Assembly (NCBI RefSeq): GCF_029946005.1
Contig: NZ_JAQSDR010000003.1
Location: 2,836 to 66,835 of the forward strand
Reading direction: 5' to 3'
Length of the DNA: 64,000 nucleotides
Origin: Aquabacterium sp.
GTDB taxonomy: Bacteria > Pseudomonadota > Gammaproteobacteria > Burkholderiales > Burkholderiaceae_C
Of the stretch, positions 59,623-64,000 are shown piece after piece. Position 1 is the stretch's first letter. The number at the start of each line of letters is the position of its first letter. The translations under genes were made by a program, and so were the position numbers. The notes under the pieces were generated by a model. It saw only the letters and a list, made by a program, of their open reading frames with translations. It ran no database searches and was not told where the DNA came from.

Positions 59623-61011
59623 GTGAAATCAACCGTGAACCGCCGCCAAGTCCTCACCATACCGCTGGCCCTGGGCTTGCCCTCGGTGACCTTGGCGCAG
59701 GGCTATTCCTACGGCAGCAGCCCAAGCGCGGCGGCGGCCCCGGCGGTGGCTTCGGGCAAGGCCCCCAAGCGTTTTGCCCTGCTGGTGGGCAACCGCGCCT
59801 ACCCCTCGCCATTTGACCTGCCCCCCGTCCACAAGAACCTGCGCGACGTGCAGGCCGTGCTGGAAAAGCGCGGCTTCGAAGTCACCGTGGTGACCGACCA
59901 GGACGTGAAGGTGCTGCGCGATGCCATGCAGTCTTTCGCCAAACGCGTGCAGGCCGCACCGGCCGATGCGACCGTGCTGTTTTACTTCACCGGCCACGGC
60001 ATGCAGGTCGACGCCGAGAACCTGCTGCTGGGCGCGGGGACCAACCCCAGCGGCAAGGAAGACTCGCTGCTGGGCAATGGCCTGATGCTCAAGCGCGACC
60101 TGGTCGATGCCTTGCCGCACCGCCCCAAGGGCCTGAGCATGGTGGTGATCGACGCCTGCCGCACCTCATTGCGCGCTGAAGGTGGCCTCAACCAGGTCGA
60201 GGCCCCGCTGGGCTGCCTGATCGCCTTTGCCACCGGCGCTGGCAAGCCCGCCATCGCGCCCGCCGTTGAAACGCAGAACACCTTCTACACGGCCTCGCTG
60301 GTCAAGGTGATGCAAGCGGCGTCGGACGACACCACGTTCTCCGACCTGTTCCGCCTGGTCAAGCTGGACGTGCAGCAGACCATGCTGAACCACCCCATCC
60401 AGGCCATCCGCAACGTGGCGCAGTTTCCCTTCATCGCCGAGAACACGCAGATCCGCACGCGCCTGGCCCTCAAGCCCGCTGCGCCCGGTGGCGAGGTGGC
60501 ATTCGAGAACGTCGATGAAAAAACCCTGTGGAAGCAGGTGGAAGAAAGCTACTGGCCGGGCGACGTGGTCAAGCGCGCTGATGAATACCTCAAGCGCTTT
60601 CCCGGCGGCAAGCTGGCGGGCTCGGCCCAAGTGGCCCGCGAGGGCGCGACCGACGCGGCCAAGGCCATGCAGCGCAACGATGTGCGCCTGTTCAAGAGCG
60701 CTTTCAGTCCCAAACCCGAAAGCCCCGACGGCCTGCTGCGCGAGTTGCGCAAGGCCGCTTGGGGCGACAAGGATGCGGCCGCACGGATCGCGCGAATGTA
60801 CCGCCGTGGCGAAGATGGCGTGAGCACGGACAGCAACCGTTTTGAAGGCTGGATGCAGTTCGCGTCGGCCCTGGGCAACGGGATCGCCAGTTACGAGCTG
60901 GCCCTGTACTACCGGGGCCAGGACCAGCCTTTGCTGGCCGCGCAGTTCGAGTCACGGGCGCGCGAGCTGGGCTACACGCCGCCGCCCACGCTGGACCACT
61001 ACCGCAAGTGA
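59623..61011 (+). CDS. Caspase-like peptidase C14 protein with Tat-like signal and C-terminal Sel1-like repeats
   Basis: NRRQVL signal; RFALLVGNRAY, catalytic His (FYFTGHG) and Cys (IDACR), IAFAT; C-terminal GDKDAAARIARMYRRG..GV and GNGIASYELALYY. Confidence 0.88.
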   Translation: MKSTVNRRQVLTIPLALGLPSVTLAQGYSYGSSPSAAAAPAVASGKAPKRFALLVGNRAYPSPFDLPPVHKNLRDVQAVLEKRGFEVTVVTDQDVKVLRDAMQSFAKRVQAAPADATVLFYFTGHGMQVDAENLLLGAGTNPSGKEDSLLGNGLMLKRDLVDALPHRPKGLSMVVIDACRTSLRAEGGLNQVEAPLGCLIAFATGAGKPAIAPAVETQNTFYTASLVKVMQAASDDTTFSDLFRLVKLDVQQTMLNHPIQAIRNVAQFPFIAENTQIRTRLALKPAAPGGEVAFENVDEKTLWKQVEESYWPGDVVKRADEYLKRFPGGKLAGSAQVAREGATDAAKAMQRNDVRLFKSAFSPKPESPDGLLRELRKAAWGDKDAAARIARMYRRGEDGVSTDSNRFEGWMQFASALGNGIASYELALYYRGQDQPLLAAQFESRARELGYTPPPTLDHYRK

Positions 61012-61041
61012 TGCGGGTTCAGCGGGTGGCCAACTGGCCGT

Positions 61042-62907
61042 TCACTGAACCTCTTCAGACGAGAACTTGGCGGCGCCATACTCGTCTTCGCAGCCTGCCC
61101 CGCCTTCGCAGTTCGGCAGGCCCGCAAAGGCCGAGCCGGGGCCGGTGTGTTGGCGCGCGATGGCCAGCGCCGCATCCGGCTTGGGGTACATGCCAAAGCC
61201 GCCATCGTTCTTCAGGCCTGAGGCCTCAAAGTTGCGCGGCTGGCTGGAGACGATCACCAGGAAGTGATCGGTGCCCGCTGGGCCCGCCACGTCCATGGGC
61301 CAGCTGGCCTGCGGCAGGTTCAAGGTCTGGCCCGCCTTGATGCGGTTGTTGCGCGCCATCTTGTTGGGGAAGAGCTGCATGAACTCGCCTTCGGTGCTTT
61401 GCAGCAGCACGTAAACATGGCCCTCGCGCGCTGATTTGACGGTGAAGGCCAGCCGGTCTTTGCCGATGCGGAACTGAGGCTTGGTCGACGCAGCCTCGAC
61501 CCCGAAGCCGGGCGTTTGCGCCGCGATGATGCGGTCGAACTCGCGCAGGGCATCGAAGGGGCCATCGACCACGGGGGGCGTCGTGGCCACAGTGGGGGCT
61601 GGTGTGGGGGGCGGAACAGGCGTCACGGCTGGTGGCGCCACGGGCGTTGGGCTCACCACCGGCGGGGCCGTGGTGGCCGCAGGAGTGGCCTCTGCCACCA
61701 CGGCGGTGGTGGGCGCCGATGCCGGGGTCAGCAGCCAGAACGCCGTGCCGCCCAGGCCTGCCAAGGCCAGCGCGCCCACGCCGATCATCAAGCCCGTGCG
61801 CGAGGCTGCCGGTGCAGCGGTGTCTGATGAGATCGTTTTGGGCTTGGCGGGCGCCGACGCTGGCGGGCGCGGCACCTGGGCGCCTCCACCTGGCGATGCC
61901 AGCTTCACCGGCTGCGTCACCATGGGGTTGAAATCCACGCCGCCCAGGCCCAGGGCCGCGCGTAACTCGGCGATGCTTTGCGTGCGGTCTTCCGGCTTGA
62001 CGACCAAGGCCCGGTCAATGGCGTTGAGGAAGCGCTCGCTGTACTTGCCCGCAACCTGCTGGGCCAGCGGCACGTAGTGGTCGCTCATCAGGCGGCCCAC
62101 GGCCGGTGGTGGCGTCTTGCCCAGGATGGCGTAGTGGATGGACGCGGCCAACGCGTAGATGTCGGTCCAGCCGCCTTGCTTCATGCCCGGCACTTCGGCG
62201 TATTGCTCGACCGGCGCGTAGCCTGGCTTGAGGATCACGGTCAGCGCCTGCGTCATGTCGCCGATCACTCGGCGCGCGGCGCCAAAGTCCAGCAGCAGCG
62301 GGCGGCCGCTGCCTTTCAGCAAGATGACGTTGTCGGGCGCGATGTCGCGGTGAAAGCACTGCTCGGCGTGGATCACCTCCAGCGCCTCGGTCAGGGGCGC
62401 CAGCATGCCCATCAACCAGGCCTCGTCGGGCGGGCCGTTCATGTCCTTCAGCGCCTGCTTGAGCGTCTGGCCCTCGTAGAAGGGCATGATCATGTAGGCC
62501 GTGCCATTGGCCTCCCAGAAGCGGTACACCTTCACCAGTGAGGCGTGGTCAAACTGGGCCAGCAGCTTGGCCTCGTTCACGAAGCTCTTCAGGCCGGCTT
62601 CAAAGGTGTCGCGGTGGCGTTCGGATTTGACCGACACCTGCGTGGCGCCGGTGCGAGCGGCCAGGGCCGAAGGCATGTACTCCTTGAGCGCCACGCGGCG
62701 TTCCAGCGAGTGGTCCCAGACCATGTAGACGATGCCAAAGCCGCCTTCGCCCAGCATGCTGGTGATCTCGAACTCGCCCAGGTAGGTGCCCACCGGCAGG
62801 GCATTGCCGTGGTCATCCTGCACCGGGGTGGGCGCGGCGGCGGGTGGCGGCTGCGTGCGGTTGACCGGCTTGATGATGGTGCGGTCGTCGTCGGATGAAT
62901 CGCTCAT
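61042..62907 (-). CDS. Membrane Ser/Thr protein kinase (PpkA-like) with a C-terminal DUF4384-like domain
   Basis: LGEGGFGIVY, VALKEY, HRDIAPDN, DFG and YAPVEQY; TM helix; Pro/Ala linker; periplasmic 'FRIGKDRLAFTVKSAREGHVYVL...QLFPN' domain. Confidence 0.9.
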   Translation of the reverse strand: MSDSSDDDRTIIKPVNRTQPPPAAAPTPVQDDHGNALPVGTYLGEFEITSMLGEGGFGIVYMVWDHSLERRVALKEYMPSALAARTGATQVSVKSERHRDTFEAGLKSFVNEAKLLAQFDHASLVKVYRFWEANGTAYMIMPFYEGQTLKQALKDMNGPPDEAWLMGMLAPLTEALEVIHAEQCFHRDIAPDNVILLKGSGRPLLLDFGAARRVIGDMTQALTVILKPGYAPVEQYAEVPGMKQGGWTDIYALAASIHYAILGKTPPPAVGRLMSDHYVPLAQQVAGKYSERFLNAIDRALVVKPEDRTQSIAELRAALGLGGVDFNPMVTQPVKLASPGGGAQVPRPPASAPAKPKTISSDTAAPAASRTGLMIGVGALALAGLGGTAFWLLTPASAPTTAVVAEATPAATTAPPVVSPTPVAPPAVTPVPPPTPAPTVATTPPVVDGPFDALREFDRIIAAQTPGFGVEAASTKPQFRIGKDRLAFTVKSAREGHVYVLLQSTEGEFMQLFPNKMARNNRIKAGQTLNLPQASWPMDVAGPAGTDHFLVIVSSQPRNFEASGLKNDGGFGMYPKPDAALAIARQHTGPGSAFAGLPNCEGGAGCEDEYGAAKFSSEEVQ

Positions 62908-62948
62908 GCGCTGCTCAAGACCTCTGGCTGGTGGTGCGTGCGGTGATT

Positions 62949-63659
62949 CTAGGCGGCGGCGCTGCCCAGCAGGGCGGCAAATCCGTCGCCCCGTGGCAAA
63001 CCGCGCGAAACCAGGCTGCGGGGGGCGCCTTCGGCCGATTCGGTCCACCAGAAGGCCAGGCCTTGCGCGGCGGCCTGCCATGAGGTGGCCGCGCTTTGGG
63101 CCAGCAAGCTGCTCAGGTCGGCGCGGCCGGCCACCGGCAAGTGGGCGTGCTGCAGTGGTCCCTGCAGGACGCTGGCCAAGGCCGAGGCGCCCGGTGAAGG
63201 CGCTGGCGTGGTCGGCGTGGGCGGCAACAGGCGTTCCAGTTCGGACTCCAGTTGCTCGATGCTCCAGTCGTCGTGCAGGGCATCGGCGGCGGCGTCGTCC
63301 AGCTGGTGCAGCCAGGCGAGCAGGGCGTCGGTGTCGGCTGCGGTGGAGGGTGTGGGCGCGATCGGCGCGATCAGCGTGAGCGGAAAGTAGCGCCCCACGC
63401 GGTCGACCGAGGGCATCAGCACGCCCGCCATGGCGGTGTCCAGCCCGATCACGCCGGGCATGAGCAAGAAGCGCCAGACGGGGCTGGCCAGATAGTGGTC
63501 CAGCCAAGTGCCTTCGGCTTGCGCGCGCAGCCCGGCGATGCCTTCGGCCAGCCAGGCGTCCCAGGGGTCGATGAAGGTGGGTTCCAGGCGGCGCGAGGCG
63601 AAGTCACCCAGGGTCGGCAGCTTGCCGTACCAGCCGGGAATGGGGGGCGTTGCGGTCAT
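62949..63659 (-). CDS. tagF: Type VI secretion-associated protein TagF
   Basis: GWYGKLPTLGDF, WDAWL, PVWRF and MPSVDRVGRYFPL motifs. Confidence 0.92.
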   Translation of the reverse strand: MTATPPIPGWYGKLPTLGDFASRRLEPTFIDPWDAWLAEGIAGLRAQAEGTWLDHYLASPVWRFLLMPGVIGLDTAMAGVLMPSVDRVGRYFPLTLIAPIAPTPSTAADTDALLAWLHQLDDAAADALHDDWSIEQLESELERLLPPTPTTPAPSPGASALASVLQGPLQHAHLPVAGRADLSSLLAQSAATSWQAAAQGLAFWWTESAEGAPRSLVSRGLPRGDGFAALLGSAAA

Positions 63660-63825
63660 GGGTTTTGCGGGGAGAGCGGAGTTGCACGCCTTGACATGAT
63701 GATCGAAAAAAGGCGCGCCTCTTTGGCCATCGGTGTGTGCCTTACCCCCATTTGGAGCGACGCGCGCACGCAGCTATTTTCATATGATGCACCGGCTCAA
63801 GCCCACCAGACGCCATGTCAACCAT

Positions 63826-64000
63826 ATGAATACATCGAAATCGCCGGAAGCTCACGCATGCCTGCGCAGCTCAGCTTGGCTGTTCGCCTGTTTGATGATC
63901 CTGTCGGGCGTATCCGGGTGCCAGAAGCGTTGCCAGTCCATGGACCTGGGCGTGGTCAAGCTGGGCATGCAATACAGCTACACACCTGGCCCTGTTGAGT
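63826..64000 (+). CDS. Putative lipoprotein, 3'-truncated by the window edge (absent from the ORF track)
   Basis: MNTSKSPEAHACLRSSAWLFACLMILSGVSG-CQK...; hydrophobic stretch and lipobox VSGC; frame open to the window end; divergent from tagF. Confidence 0.55.
   Translation, partial: MNTSKSPEAHACLRSSAWLFACLMILSGVSGCQKRCQSMDLGVVKLGMQYSYTPGPVE

Noticed and set aside
61042-63507. 821-aa kinase as called in the ORF track
   Set aside because: The N-terminal ~200 aa overlap tagF in another frame and are low-complexity; the plausible start is MSDSSDDD at 62907.

Overview
GC-rich betaproteobacterial chromosome segment (Burkholderiales-like, inferred from gene content and order). Housekeeping genes (mnmA-nudJ, pntAA-panD-pntAB-pntB, N-terminal half of metH, phoH-ybeY, ruvA, tyrB, fadD, yaeQ, hyi) alternate with accessory blocks. 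(i) 9.6-13.7 kb is a plasticity zone holding a DUF2281/PemK remnant, an intact yefM-yoeB with its operator, a collapsed T1SS/RTX chimera, and a Slam/DUF560 (type XI secretion) gene paired with a TbpB-barrel-like cargo. (ii) 13.8-22 kb holds a ferritin-like gene, a glutathione peroxidase and an operon matching the furan-fatty-acid/singlet-oxygen cluster. (iii) A tandem pair of partly degenerate GGDEF-EAL genes follows. (iv) A fitA/vapC toxin-antitoxin pair sits between diverged copies of a gene 3' end. (v) 48.8-63.7 kb holds a two-partner secretion pair with a 3014-aa repeat-rich TpsA, then a Tat-signal caspase-like (C14) protease with Sel1-like repeats, converging on an apparently orphan tagF + PpkA-like kinase pair. 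Non-coding signals include a candidate sRNA, a 260-bp MITE-like element, a probable leaderless metH promoter and a recurring TCCC-N9-GGGGT intergenic motif. No rRNA, tRNA, CRISPR array, integrase or intact transposase was seen. All family assignments come from motif recognition by eye; no database search was run.
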